From positions 1 to 48,753 of the forward strand of contig CAJOPF010000121.1 of assembly GCA_905236205.1 (NCBI GenBank): a stretch of DNA of 48,753 nt, written 5' to 3'. This DNA comes from Candidatus Gastranaerophilales bacterium (GTDB taxonomy: Bacteria > Cyanobacteriota > Vampirovibrionia > Gastranaerophilales > Gastranaerophilaceae). Shown piece by piece: positions 29,364-37,698 of this stretch (positions are counted from its first letter, which is position 1; each line of letters opens with the position of its first letter). The notes beneath the pieces are model-generated. The model had not been told where the DNA came from. It ran no database searches and saw only the letters and a program-made list of their open reading frames with translations. Position numbers and translations under genes: made by a program.

Positions 29364-30208
29364 GTTATACCCAGATTCTTGTTTCTTCTAAACCAAGTCA
29401 ATTGTCTTTTTGCGTAATTTCTTGTGTGCTGTTTCAGTAATTCAATTGCTTTTTCAAAAGATATTTCTTTGTCCAAGTATTGAATAATCTCTTTATATCC
29501 TATGGTTTCCGTAATATTATGTATTCTGCCATGTTTTTTCAGTAAACTCTGTGTTTCTTCAACTATACCGTTTTTAACCATTTCATCCACACGTTTGTTT
29601 ATTCTTTCGTAAATTTCCTCTCTAGGTAAATTTATTCCTATCCATTCAACGTCGTATGGCGGCTCTTTCTGTTTATTCATTTCTGAAAACGGAATACCCG
29701 TAGCTTCACTGACTTCAATAGCTCTTATTATTTTTCGTTTTTCGGGCTCTTTTATTTTTTGAATATAATTTTTATCAATTTTACTTATACGTTCTGTAAG
29801 TTCTTTAAGTGTTAATTGGTTTAATTCTTCTCTAAGCTTTATGTTCGGCTCAACTCTAGGAATGTCATAACCTTCAAGTAAAACCCTGAAATACAAACCT
29901 GTACCGCCCGCTATTATCGGAATTTTACCCTTAGATATTATATTTTTAATAGCTTTTGTTGCATCATCCAAGTAATTCGCAACACTGTAATCGATTTCGG
30001 GTTCTACAATATCCATAAGATAATGAGGAATACCTTCCTGTTCTTCAACAGAAGGTTTTGCAACAGCTATTTTAAACCCCTTGTAAACAAGTCTGGAATC
30101 TGCAGAGATTATTTCACCGTTTAATTTGTGAGCTAATTCAACAGCCAGTTTACTCTTGCCTGTCGCTGTCGGTGCCGCTATTGCTATTACCTTTGATTTT
30201 TTGGTCAT
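29360..30208 (-). CDS. miaA: tRNA dimethylallyltransferase
   Basis: P-loop IAIAAPTATGKS, ISADSRLVYKG, IIAGGTGLYFRVLLEG and RNYAKRQLTWFR. The start is set at the ATG at 30208 (MTKKSK...) rather than the track start at 30241, because the P-loop normally lies within about 15 residues of the N-terminus. Confidence 0.9.
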   Translation of the reverse strand: MTKKSKVIAIAAPTATGKSKLAVELAHKLNGEIISADSRLVYKGFKIAVAKPSVEEQEGIPHYLMDIVEPEIDYSVANYLDDATKAIKNIISKGKIPIIAGGTGLYFRVLLEGYDIPRVEPNIKLREELNQLTLKELTERISKIDKNYIQKIKEPEKRKIIRAIEVSEATGIPFSEMNKQKEPPYDVEWIGINLPREEIYERINKRVDEMVKNGIVEETQSLLKKHGRIHNITETIGYKEIIQYLDKEISFEKAIELLKQHTRNYAKRQLTWFRRNKNLGIT

Positions 30209-31001
30209 AATATAAAAATAGTAGTACAAAAACGTAAACAATAAAATAGAAGTATATCATTGTTACGATAAAATATGTAATAGGGTTAAATATTGCTGCA
30301 TAATTCAATAATGTTAGTATTAAATTTATAATATTTATACCTATAAAAAGTAGTATTACTTCGGGATTTTTAAGTATTCTTGATATAGATTTGAAGAATG
30401 CCACAAACGGATTTTTGGTTGAATACATAAGTTCTATCGGCCAAAATAACGTCAAAAGCGTAAATAGCTGTATTGACGACATTACAAGTAAATACCAATA
30501 GTTAATTTTTAATAATTGAGCTTTGGTAAATGATTGCAAAAGCGCTTGCATTGCAACAGGAGCTTCTGTTGCAGAAACAAACTGCGCAAAAGAAATTCCT
30601 ATTCCGCCAATAAGTTTTAATCCGGTATGATAAACCGCAATAAAACCTAAATCTGCTATTATTAAGTATAAAACTGTAAAGCCCAAGAATGATTTTATAT
30701 GTTCGGATATACCCACAGGAAATTCTTTTATCAAATCAAAAGAACCGTATATTTTTTCTTTTTCGGGTGCGTAAACGTGGTTATCAACCGCTGTTTTTAC
30801 CATATAGAACCAACCTGCAAGGAATGCACTTATCATTAAAAATAGTGTTGTAAAAAACAAAATTGTTGAAGGTAGAGCGCTTACTGCATTTTTAGAGATA
30901 ACTAAGTATAAATTGATTATCAGTAAAAATATCAGCAGCGGTGTTGCTATAATTATGTTGTTGTATGAAATTTTAAACGCTTCTTTAAATATTTTTATCA
31001 T
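30150..31001 (-). CDS. Hypothetical polytopic membrane protein (283 aa)
   Basis: About six hydrophobic segments and a GGAG SD. No recognisable family. The 3' end overlaps the miaA start by about 59 nt. Confidence 0.6.
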   Translation of the reverse strand: MIKIFKEAFKISYNNIIIATPLLIFLLIINLYLVISKNAVSALPSTILFFTTLFLMISAFLAGWFYMVKTAVDNHVYAPEKEKIYGSFDLIKEFPVGISEHIKSFLGFTVLYLIIADLGFIAVYHTGLKLIGGIGISFAQFVSATEAPVAMQALLQSFTKAQLLKINYWYLLVMSSIQLFTLLTLFWPIELMYSTKNPFVAFFKSISRILKNPEVILLFIGINIINLILTLLNYAAIFNPITYFIVTMIYFYFIVYVFVLLFLYYDQKIKGNSNSGTDSDRQE

Positions 31002-31015
31002 AGTTACTCCAAAAA

Positions 31016-32152
31016 TTACACTGTTTGCTTTTCTTTTGTTAATGTTTCATTTTTTCTTTTTTTACGACGCATTAAATCTACAAATGCTTCTAATCTTGTT
31101 ATATATCCGGCTTTGCCTGATTGTTCGTCCATAACAAGAGTTAAAATAGGTATGTTATGGTCTTCGCGCATCGCAGGGAATATGTTTTGAGACATTATTT
31201 CAGGCATACACGTAAACGGACTTATATGAATAATGCCGTCTTTTTTATTTACGTGAGCAAATGCTACATCAGATACACATTCAAGAGCATCTCCGCCTAT
31301 ATCACGATTAAGATACGGTTTTGCCATTTTTTCAGCTCTTTGTAAATGAGTTTCTTTTCCTCTGAACATTTTAGGAATTATTGCATCTTTCAAAAAGCTT
31401 CCGACAGTAAGACTTCTTCTTGTTTGAACACCCATTTTGCCAAGTTCTCGTTCTATGTATTGATTGGAGAACGGATCTCCTACCAAGTAGATTTCTCCTG
31501 TAATATCAACGTTGAGAATTTCTCTGTTTTTATCAATTTCTGTTTTAGCCATTTCTTTTTTTACGGCTTTTTTTAATTTACCGAGTTCTCTCAGTGATTT
31601 CACTTCTTTGTACCAGCTAAGGCACTTATTATAATGTCTTTCTGCTTCTCCTTGTTTGATTTCTCTTGCTCTGTAATATGCAAGAAGTGTTTCCAAATCA
31701 TCAAGAGCAAAAACCATTCTAATCATCATCAAAGTTGCTTTTGCCGCAGCAATATAATCTGTTCTTCCTAATAAATCGTGGAAAAATTTAAACAAACCCT
31801 TTATTCCGTCGTACAAAGAAAGTTCTAAATATTTTGTTTCGTAGCCCAAGTCAGCTAGTGCCGATTGAATATTTATTCCGTATACGCCCAATCTGCAGCA
31901 ACCGGGTGAAGCCAGCATTGCAACATAATCCGTACCACCTTCAATCGCTTCAATGAAATTGCCTAAAATAAGTTTATATGGCAGACAAACAGCTTCTGGA
32001 GCATTTTTTACGCCCAGAGATAGTGTTTTCTTACTTGTATATGGCGGAACGTAAGCTTCTACCCCAAACTTTCTGAGAGCAGCTGACCAAGCAACTGATA
32101 TTGTTCCCATATGAGGAAATGCTACTTTTATTTTTTTCTCATTTTTTTTCAT
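31016..32152 (-). CDS. Acyl-CoA dehydratase activase-related protein (DUF2229/HgdB-like family)
   Basis: 378 aa. The N-terminal pattern (KVAFPHMGT...VCLPYKLILGNFIEAIEGGTDYV) and a later GEIYLVGDPFSNQYIERELGKMGV resemble the DUF2229 / 2-hydroxyglutaryl-CoA dehydratase D-component family as I recall it. No BadF/BcrA-type ATPase partner lies adjacent. Confidence 0.5.
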   Translation of the reverse strand: MKKNEKKIKVAFPHMGTISVAWSAALRKFGVEAYVPPYTSKKTLSLGVKNAPEAVCLPYKLILGNFIEAIEGGTDYVAMLASPGCCRLGVYGINIQSALADLGYETKYLELSLYDGIKGLFKFFHDLLGRTDYIAAAKATLMMIRMVFALDDLETLLAYYRAREIKQGEAERHYNKCLSWYKEVKSLRELGKLKKAVKKEMAKTEIDKNREILNVDITGEIYLVGDPFSNQYIERELGKMGVQTRRSLTVGSFLKDAIIPKMFRGKETHLQRAEKMAKPYLNRDIGGDALECVSDVAFAHVNKKDGIIHISPFTCMPEIMSQNIFPAMREDHNIPILTLVMDEQSGKAGYITRLEAFVDLMRRKKRKNETLTKEKQTV

Positions 32153-32154
32153 AT

Positions 32155-33582
32155 TTAATTTCCCATTACGTATTTTAAGTCAGGTTTTCTTGCTGCAAGT
32201 GTTTCGTCCACTTTTTTTACAGGTGTATTATTTGGCGAATTTAAAATTATTTCAGGATTTTCCTCAACCTCTTTTGCTATTTGCAGCATTGTATCTATAA
32301 ATTCATCAAGAACTTTTTTGTCTTCTGTTTCAGTTGGTTCAATCATCATAGCTTCGTGTACAATTAGCGGGAAGTATATTGTTGGTGGGTGAACTCCGCT
32401 ATCCATGAGTCTTTTTGCGATGTTTAACGTAGAAATGCCTTTTTCTTTTTGTAAGTCTCCTGACAATACAAATTCGTGCATACAAGGTTCATCATAAGGT
32501 ATTTTATAATGATTTTTTAATTTTTCTTTCATATAATTAGCGTTCAATACTGCGTCTTCACTGACATTTTTTAGATATTTGCCAAGCATCAGTATATATG
32601 AGTAAGCTCTCACAAGAATACCAAAATTGCCGAAATATCCTATTACAGCTCCTATTGAATTTTTAATATTATAATTTCTGTGGTACATTTCGCCGTCAAA
32701 TGTTATAACAGGTGCAGGTAAAAATTCTTTCATTTCTTCCACAACCCCGATAGGACCTGCTCCGGGTCCACCTCCGCCATGAGGTGTTGCAAAAGTCTTA
32801 TGCAGGTTGATATGAACAATATCAAACCCCATTAGTTTCGGATTTGTGTACCCCATAATCGCGTTAAAATTCGCTCCGTCATAATATAACAGAGAACCGT
32901 TTTTATGCATTAAATTTGATATTTCAAGTACATTTTCTTCAAATATACCCAAGGTGTTAGGGTTCGTCATCATAATTGCCGCAACATCTTCTGTTAAAAC
33001 TTCTTTCAAGGAGTCAATATCAATTTGTCCTTTTTTGTTAGATTTGACCTGAACAATATCAAATCCTGCCATTTTTGCACTTGCAGGGTTTGTTCCATGT
33101 GCCGAATCAGGAATGATTACTTTTTTTCTGTTTTCTCCTTTTGTTTCAAAGTATTTTTTTACTATCATCATTCCAGAAAATTCGCCATGAGCACCTGCCG
33201 CAGGTTGCAGACTCACTGCATCCATTCCTGTAATAGTTTTCAGAGCTTCCTGAAGTTTAAACATCAATTCAAGTGATCCTTGGACATCTTCATCTTTCAA
33301 AGCCGGATGAAGGTTTAAAAATCCGTCTAAATTTGCCAATTTTTCATTTACTTTAGGGTTATATTTCATAGTGCAGGAACCGAGCGGATAAAAGCCTTTT
33401 TCTATACAGAAATTTCTGTCTGACAATTCCTTGTAGTGCCTTAAGACATTCAATTCGGAAGTTTGAGGTAAACCTATTTTGTCATTTCTAAGATATTTTT
33501 CATCTATGAAATCAATTTTATATTGTTCGTCAATAAGTGTAATTCCGTCTATATCGTTGCTTTTTTCAAATATAGTTTTCAA
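32155..33582 (-). CDS. gcvPB: Glycine dehydrogenase (decarboxylating) subunit 2
   Basis: 475 aa with [14 protein letters not shown], and [18 protein letters not shown] (PLP-lysine region). TTG start at 33582 has an AGGAG SD lying inside the end of the upstream sigma-factor ORF. Confidence 0.93.
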   Translation of the reverse strand: MKTIFEKSNDIDGITLIDEQYKIDFIDEKYLRNDKIGLPQTSELNVLRHYKELSDRNFCIEKGFYPLGSCTMKYNPKVNEKLANLDGFLNLHPALKDEDVQGSLELMFKLQEALKTITGMDAVSLQPAAGAHGEFSGMMIVKKYFETKGENRKKVIIPDSAHGTNPASAKMAGFDIVQVKSNKKGQIDIDSLKEVLTEDVAAIMMTNPNTLGIFEENVLEISNLMHKNGSLLYYDGANFNAIMGYTNPKLMGFDIVHINLHKTFATPHGGGGPGAGPIGVVEEMKEFLPAPVITFDGEMYHRNYNIKNSIGAVIGYFGNFGILVRAYSYILMLGKYLKNVSEDAVLNANYMKEKLKNHYKIPYDEPCMHEFVLSGDLQKEKGISTLNIAKRLMDSGVHPPTIYFPLIVHEAMMIEPTETEDKKVLDEFIDTMLQIAKEVEENPEIILNSPNNTPVKKVDETLAARKPDLKYVMGN

Positions 33583-33583
33583 A

Positions 33584-34186
33584 TTATATCATCTCCTGTT
33601 TTGCAAGTTCTTTTTTTATTCTGTTTAATCCTGATTGAATAATTCTTGAAATTCTTGATGGCGAGATTTGATATTCTTCAGACATTTCTCGTAATTTTTT
33701 GTCTTTGAAAAATTTTTGTTCTATAAATTCTTTTTCCCTTTGAGGTAATGTTTTTAATAATGAAGAAACTTTATCTTTCAATTGATAAAATTCCATTGAT
33801 TCTTCGGGATTTCTGTCTTGAGAACGAATTATTGTAGGGTTTTCCGCATCAGCCATTTCTTCAACGGATAAAATAGTTTTATACATTGTTTCGCGGATGT
33901 CTTCAGGATTAAGAACATCGCGTTTTTGTTTCATTGAATACCATTTATATCTTCGTCTTACTTCGTTTCTTAAAGACCATTTTATTGCTGTTGACAGATA
34001 TGAATTGTTGTAGGATTCTTTAGTTTTTTGCTTAAAAAGTACATATAATGTTTGTGTTGCGATGTTAACCATTTCAAGATAATCGAGCAAATGCGCCGTT
34101 GAAGACATTTTTTGTGCTTCAACTTTGCAAACGGTTTCAATTAAATTTTGGTACTCTTTCAGATTAACGACTTTTTCTGTCGGCAT
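33584..34186 (-). CDS. Divergent sigma-70-family RNA polymerase sigma factor
   Basis: Region-4 HTH ([48 protein letters not shown]) and a region-2-like segment ([20 protein letters not shown]). The start is set at the ATG at 34186, and the track begins at an upstream GTG at 34207. Confidence 0.7.
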   Translation of the reverse strand: MPTEKVVNLKEYQNLIETVCKVEAQKMSSTAHLLDYLEMVNIATQTLYVLFKQKTKESYNNSYLSTAIKWSLRNEVRRRYKWYSMKQKRDVLNPEDIRETMYKTILSVEEMADAENPTIIRSQDRNPEESMEFYQLKDKVSSLLKTLPQREKEFIEQKFFKDKKLREMSEEYQISPSRISRIIQSGLNRIKKELAKQEMI

Positions 34187-34274
34187 AGCACTCGCCCTAT
34201 AACACACGATACCCCATTTAATTATAGCAAATAATTTTTATTTTTTATCATAATGTTAAATATTGCTTACAATT

Positions 34275-34316
34275 AAAAAAAAATCCATAAAACCTTTGAG
34301 TTTTACGGATTTTTTG
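34275..34316 (-). terminator. Rho-independent terminator after rpsT
   Basis: Hairpin TCCATAAAAC (34284-34293) / GTTTTACGGA (34300-34309) with one mismatch. It is flanked by an A9 run, which reads as U9 on the minus-strand RNA, and begins about 12 nt downstream of the rpsT stop. Confidence 0.55.
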
Positions 34317-34328
34317 ATTAGAAAAACA

Positions 34329-34598
34329 TTATTCTGATAATAATTTTTTAGCAGCTAATGTTAATCTTGATTTTTTTCTTGATGCTGTATTTTTGTGTAA
34401 AATACCCTTTGAAACAGCTTTATCGCATAATTGGTATGCTTTTGAAAGTGCTGCCTTCATTGCATCTTCATCTTTGGCTTTAGCTAATTCCAACACTTTT
34501 TTTAATGCTGTTTTGATTGATGTTTTGAAAGCAACATTTTTTTCGTGGTTTCTTTCAGCAATCAATACTCTTTTTTTAGCTGATTTAATATTTGCCAT
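34329..34598 (-). CDS. rpsT: 30S ribosomal protein S20
   Basis: 89 aa starting MANIKSAKKRVLIAERNHEKN, basic and helical with a typical S20 N-terminus. SD is GAAGGA. Confidence 0.92.
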   Translation of the reverse strand: MANIKSAKKRVLIAERNHEKNVAFKTSIKTALKKVLELAKAKDEDAMKAALSKAYQLCDKAVSKGILHKNTASRKKSRLTLAAKKLLSE

Positions 34599-34740
34599 TT
34601 TGTCCTTCTTTCTTGTTTGAAAACTTTATAAGGTTAATGACTCCCATAAAATTTTACACTTACTCGAGGATGTGAGTAAGGAAATTTTAAAATAAATAAA
34701 TTTTATTGTCAATTTTCTTGTATAAATATTAAGAATTAAA

Positions 34741-34768
34741 TTGCAATTGTATATATTCGTGCTAATAT
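34741..34768 (+). promoter_or_regulatory. Candidate rpsB-tsf promoter
   Basis: TTGCAA (34741-34746) - 16 nt - TAATAT (34763-34768). This would give a leader of about 90 nt beginning near the GGAAGTA stem arm. Confidence 0.35.
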
Positions 34769-34864
34769 AATTATGGAAGTACTGATTCGATAGGTATATC
34801 CTAGTTCTTACAGAATTGAACATACTTCCCGTAGTAAAATACATAACCATAAAGGAGAAGGAAG

Positions 34865-35635
34865 ATGCCGGTAGCATCAATGATTGAACTTTTAGAAGCA
34901 GGTGTACATTTCGGTCACCAAACACAAAGATGGAACCCAAAAATGAAACCGTATATTTACGGTGCAAGAAACGGTATTTACGTTATTGATTTACGTAAAA
35001 CATCAGAATTACTTGATACAGCTTATGAAATTGTTAGAGATTTCGCTGCAAAAGGTAAAAACGTATTATTTGTAGGTACAAAAAAGCAAGCTGCTGAAGT
35101 TGTTTCTGAAGAAGCAAAAAGAGCGGGAGCTTATTATGTTAACAGAAGATGGTTAGGCGGTATGATGACTAACTTTGAAACTATCAAAACTCGTGTTAAC
35201 AAATTAAAAGAATATGAAAGCTTTATCGGAAGCGGTCAAATCGAAAAATTACCTAAAAAAGAACAAGCTCAAATTAACAAACAAGTTGCTAAATTGAGCA
35301 AAACTCTTGGCGGTATTAAAGATATGAGAGGTTTACCTGAATTACTTTTTGTTGTTGACCAACAAAAAGAAGATATTGCTATTTTAGAAGCTAAAAAATT
35401 AGGTGTACCTGTTATTTGTTTAGCAGATACAAATGCTGATCCTGATAATATTGACTACATTATTCCGGGAAATGACGATGCTATTCGTTCAGTACAACTA
35501 ATTGCATCTAAATTAGCTGATGCTGTATTAGAAGGTAAACAACTTCGTGAAAACAAAGCTGCAAACAATGCTAAAGTTGAAGAAATTAAAGCTGAAGATG
35601 CAGGTGTTAGCGAAGAAGAAAAAGTAGAAGCTTAA
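34865..35635 (+). CDS. rpsB: 30S ribosomal protein S2
   Basis: 256 aa starting [19 protein letters not shown], with FVGTKKQA and [21 protein letters not shown]. Strong SD (AAAGGAGAAGG). Confidence 0.95.
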   Translation: MPVASMIELLEAGVHFGHQTQRWNPKMKPYIYGARNGIYVIDLRKTSELLDTAYEIVRDFAAKGKNVLFVGTKKQAAEVVSEEAKRAGAYYVNRRWLGGMMTNFETIKTRVNKLKEYESFIGSGQIEKLPKKEQAQINKQVAKLSKTLGGIKDMRGLPELLFVVDQQKEDIAILEAKKLGVPVICLADTNADPDNIDYIIPGNDDAIRSVQLIASKLADAVLEGKQLRENKAANNAKVEEIKAEDAGVSEEEKVEA

Positions 35636-35654
35636 TTTTAAATTGGAGGAAATA

Positions 35655-36518
35655 ATGGAAATTACAGCTACAATGGTTAAAGAACTCCGCGAAAAAACTG
35701 GCGCAGGTATGATGGATTGTAAAAAAGCGCTTGCCGAAGTTGACGGAGATATGGAAAAAGCTATGGAAGCTTTAAGACAAAAAGGTATCGCTTCTGCAGA
35801 AAAGAAAATGGGCAGAATCGCTGCTGAAGGTCTTGTTGCTTCTTATGTTAATGATACAACAGGCGCAATGATTGAAGTTAACTGTGAAACAGATTTCGTT
35901 GCTAAAAATGATGAATTTAAAGAATTATGCTCAGGTCTTGCAGAATTAGTTGCTACAGCTAAACCTGCTGACGTTGATGCTTTACTTGCAACTGTTTGCC
36001 CTAAATGCGGAAAACCTGTTGCTGATGTTATTAAAGAAAAAATCGCATCTATCGGTGAAAAAATCACTATAAGAAGATTTGAACTTTTGGAAGGTAATAT
36101 CGCAACTTATATCCACAACGGCAAAATAGGTGTTCTTTTAAGCACTGATAAAAAAGATGAAGCTTTAATGAAAGATTTATGCTTACATATTACATCTTGC
36201 GCTCCTGAATTTTTATCAAGTAATGATATTCCTGCAGAAGTAAGAGAAGAAGAAAAACGTATTGAAATGGGTAAAGAAGATTTGGCTAACAAACCTGAAA
36301 ACATCAGAGAAAAAATTGTTGAAGGTCGTTTGCACAAAATCTTGGCTCAAAAATGTTTACTTGAACAACCTTTTGTTAAAGATCCAAGTCAAACTGTTGC
36401 TCAACTAATTGAAGGTAAATTGACTGTTAACAAATTTGTTAAATATAATTTAGGTGAAGGTTTAGAAAAACGCAGCGAAAACTTCGCCGATGAAGTTATG
36501 AAACAAATTCAACAATAA
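35655..36518 (+). CDS. tsf: Translation elongation factor Ts
   Basis: ITATMVKELREKTGAGMMDCKKAL (UBA-like N-terminus) and VEVNCETDFVAKN. The start is set at the ATG at 35655, 5 nt after a GGAGG. The track start, TTG at 35643, overlaps that SD. Confidence 0.93.
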   Translation: MEITATMVKELREKTGAGMMDCKKALAEVDGDMEKAMEALRQKGIASAEKKMGRIAAEGLVASYVNDTTGAMIEVNCETDFVAKNDEFKELCSGLAELVATAKPADVDALLATVCPKCGKPVADVIKEKIASIGEKITIRRFELLEGNIATYIHNGKIGVLLSTDKKDEALMKDLCLHITSCAPEFLSSNDIPAEVREEEKRIEMGKEDLANKPENIREKIVEGRLHKILAQKCLLEQPFVKDPSQTVAQLIEGKLTVNKFVKYNLGEGLEKRSENFADEVMKQIQQ

Positions 36519-36534
36519 TATTTACAAATAAAAA

Positions 36535-36572
36535 TAAAGAGGCGGCTGTTTTACAGCCGCCTCTTTATTTTT
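36535..36572. terminator. Bidirectional rho-independent terminator (tsf / SLT-protein gene)
   Basis: GC-rich perfect stem AAAGAGGCGGCTG / CAGCCGCCTCTTT with loop TTTTA, A-rich upstream and T-rich downstream. It sits between convergent genes. Confidence 0.8.
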
Positions 36573-36580
36573 AAATTTTA

Positions 36581-37315
36581 TTATGCAAAAATTGATTCGT
36601 CTACGTGGTGTTTAATAACTCTGTTACCGAGTTCTGTTTTTGTTATTACACCATCTTTATTTGTATCTAAGCCTTTGTTTGCATTATATTCTTTTGAACC
36701 TGCCTGACAAATGACTTCACTATGAACTTTTGCAGGCATAAATACTAATGTATATAAATCTCCGGCAGTAAGTCTTTTTCCTTGCATACCTCTTGCTTTA
36801 ATTGCTCTTTGGAAAAATTTCTCAACATAGTCTAATTGTTGAACTGCAGACATATTTTTTAATGCTTCTGTTGTTGTGCCAAGACTTTTAGCTGTTGAAG
36901 GCATAAATTGGATTAAGCCTGTTGCGTTGCTGCTTCTGTTAACTGCTTGTGGATTTATACCTGATTCTGAATGCATTACACCTAATAAATCTTTGTAATC
37001 ACAGTTAATTCTGCTTGCAATTTGTTTTACTTTATCCAAAAATGCTTTGTCTAATTTTGCATTTGCCTTGCAGTGTCCTTCACGTACGCTTGATGAAGAA
37101 GAAGTTTGAGTTAATGAACCAAAATTAAAATTAAAGTTAAAATTACCAAAATTAGAAAGATTTGAAAAATCGAAATTTAGAGATTGTTGAGGTAATTGAA
37201 AATTAAACATATTTGAAAAAAGGCTTTCATTCATTGGGTATAAAGAACCGAATGATGCGATTGAAAACGGATTATTTCCATACATATTTAAAAATGTGTT
37301 TAAATTTACGTTCAT
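36581..37315 (-). CDS. SLT-domain (lytic transglycosylase-like) protein with Asn/Phe-rich N-terminus
   Basis: 244 aa with an SLT-type motif (VMHSESGINPQAVNRSSNATGLIQFMPSTAKSLG) that includes the catalytic-Glu context ES. The N-terminal region of about 70 aa is low complexity (NFGNFNFNFNFG), and no signal peptide is evident. An EF-hand-like loop DTNKDGVITKTE lies near the C-terminus. Confidence 0.7.
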   Translation of the reverse strand: MNVNLNTFLNMYGNNPFSIASFGSLYPMNESLFSNMFNFQLPQQSLNFDFSNLSNFGNFNFNFNFGSLTQTSSSSSVREGHCKANAKLDKAFLDKVKQIASRINCDYKDLLGVMHSESGINPQAVNRSSNATGLIQFMPSTAKSLGTTTEALKNMSAVQQLDYVEKFFQRAIKARGMQGKRLTAGDLYTLVFMPAKVHSEVICQAGSKEYNANKGLDTNKDGVITKTELGNRVIKHHVDESIFA

Positions 37316-37376
37316 TATCTCTAAATCTCTCTTATTTATATAAAGAGTTTTTTCTTAAAATAATTGCTTTTTGCAC

Positions 37377-37408
37377 AAAAAAAAGAGGTTTATTAACCTC
37401 TTTTTTTT
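37377..37408 (-). terminator. Rho-independent terminator after rpmB
   Basis: GAGGTT-TATT-AACCTC hairpin, extended by complementary A8 and T8 runs on the two flanks. It starts about 20 nt downstream of the rpmB stop. Confidence 0.65.
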
Positions 37409-37428
37409 ACAAAAATTTACAATTAAAA

Positions 37429-37620
37429 CTAAACAGCTTTTTGTACTTTATTAGCTTTTAAACAAGATGAGCAAACTTTCATTTTTTTTACAACGCCGTT
37501 TTCTACAACTCTAACTGTTTGTAAGTTTGGAGATTGTCTGTGCACATTTTGTTTATGAGAAAAAGTTAATTTTGCTGATTTTAAAGGTGTTTTTCCGCAT
37601 TTTTCGCATTGTCTAGACAT
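37429..37620 (-). CDS. rpmB: 50S ribosomal protein L28 (four-Cys, zinc-ribbon type)
   Basis: 63 aa, MSRQCEKCGKTP...SHKQNVHRQSPNLQ...VCSSCLK, which fits the L28 pattern. SD is AGAGGA. Confidence 0.9.
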   Translation of the reverse strand: MSRQCEKCGKTPLKSAKLTFSHKQNVHRQSPNLQTVRVVENGVVKKMKVCSSCLKANKVQKAV

Positions 37621-37698
37621 AATAAATTCCTCTTTTTCTTATATTCTATGTAAAAAGATTACTACAAATATTTTTGATTTACAAGTACATTGTTAAAT

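Noticed and set aside
34626-34967. 113-aa minus-strand ORF spanning the rpsT-rpsB intergenic region and overlapping the rpsB start.
   Set aside because: It covers promoter and leader DNA and the first 100 nt of rpsB in antisense. The sequence is low complexity (Phe/Tyr/Ile/Asn-rich) with no SD and is best explained as a chance ORF.
35985-36020. CPKCGKP motif in EF-Ts as a possible inserted zinc ribbon.
   Set aside because: Only one Cys pair is present, with no second CxxC nearby, and the rest of the protein aligns as an ordinary EF-Ts.
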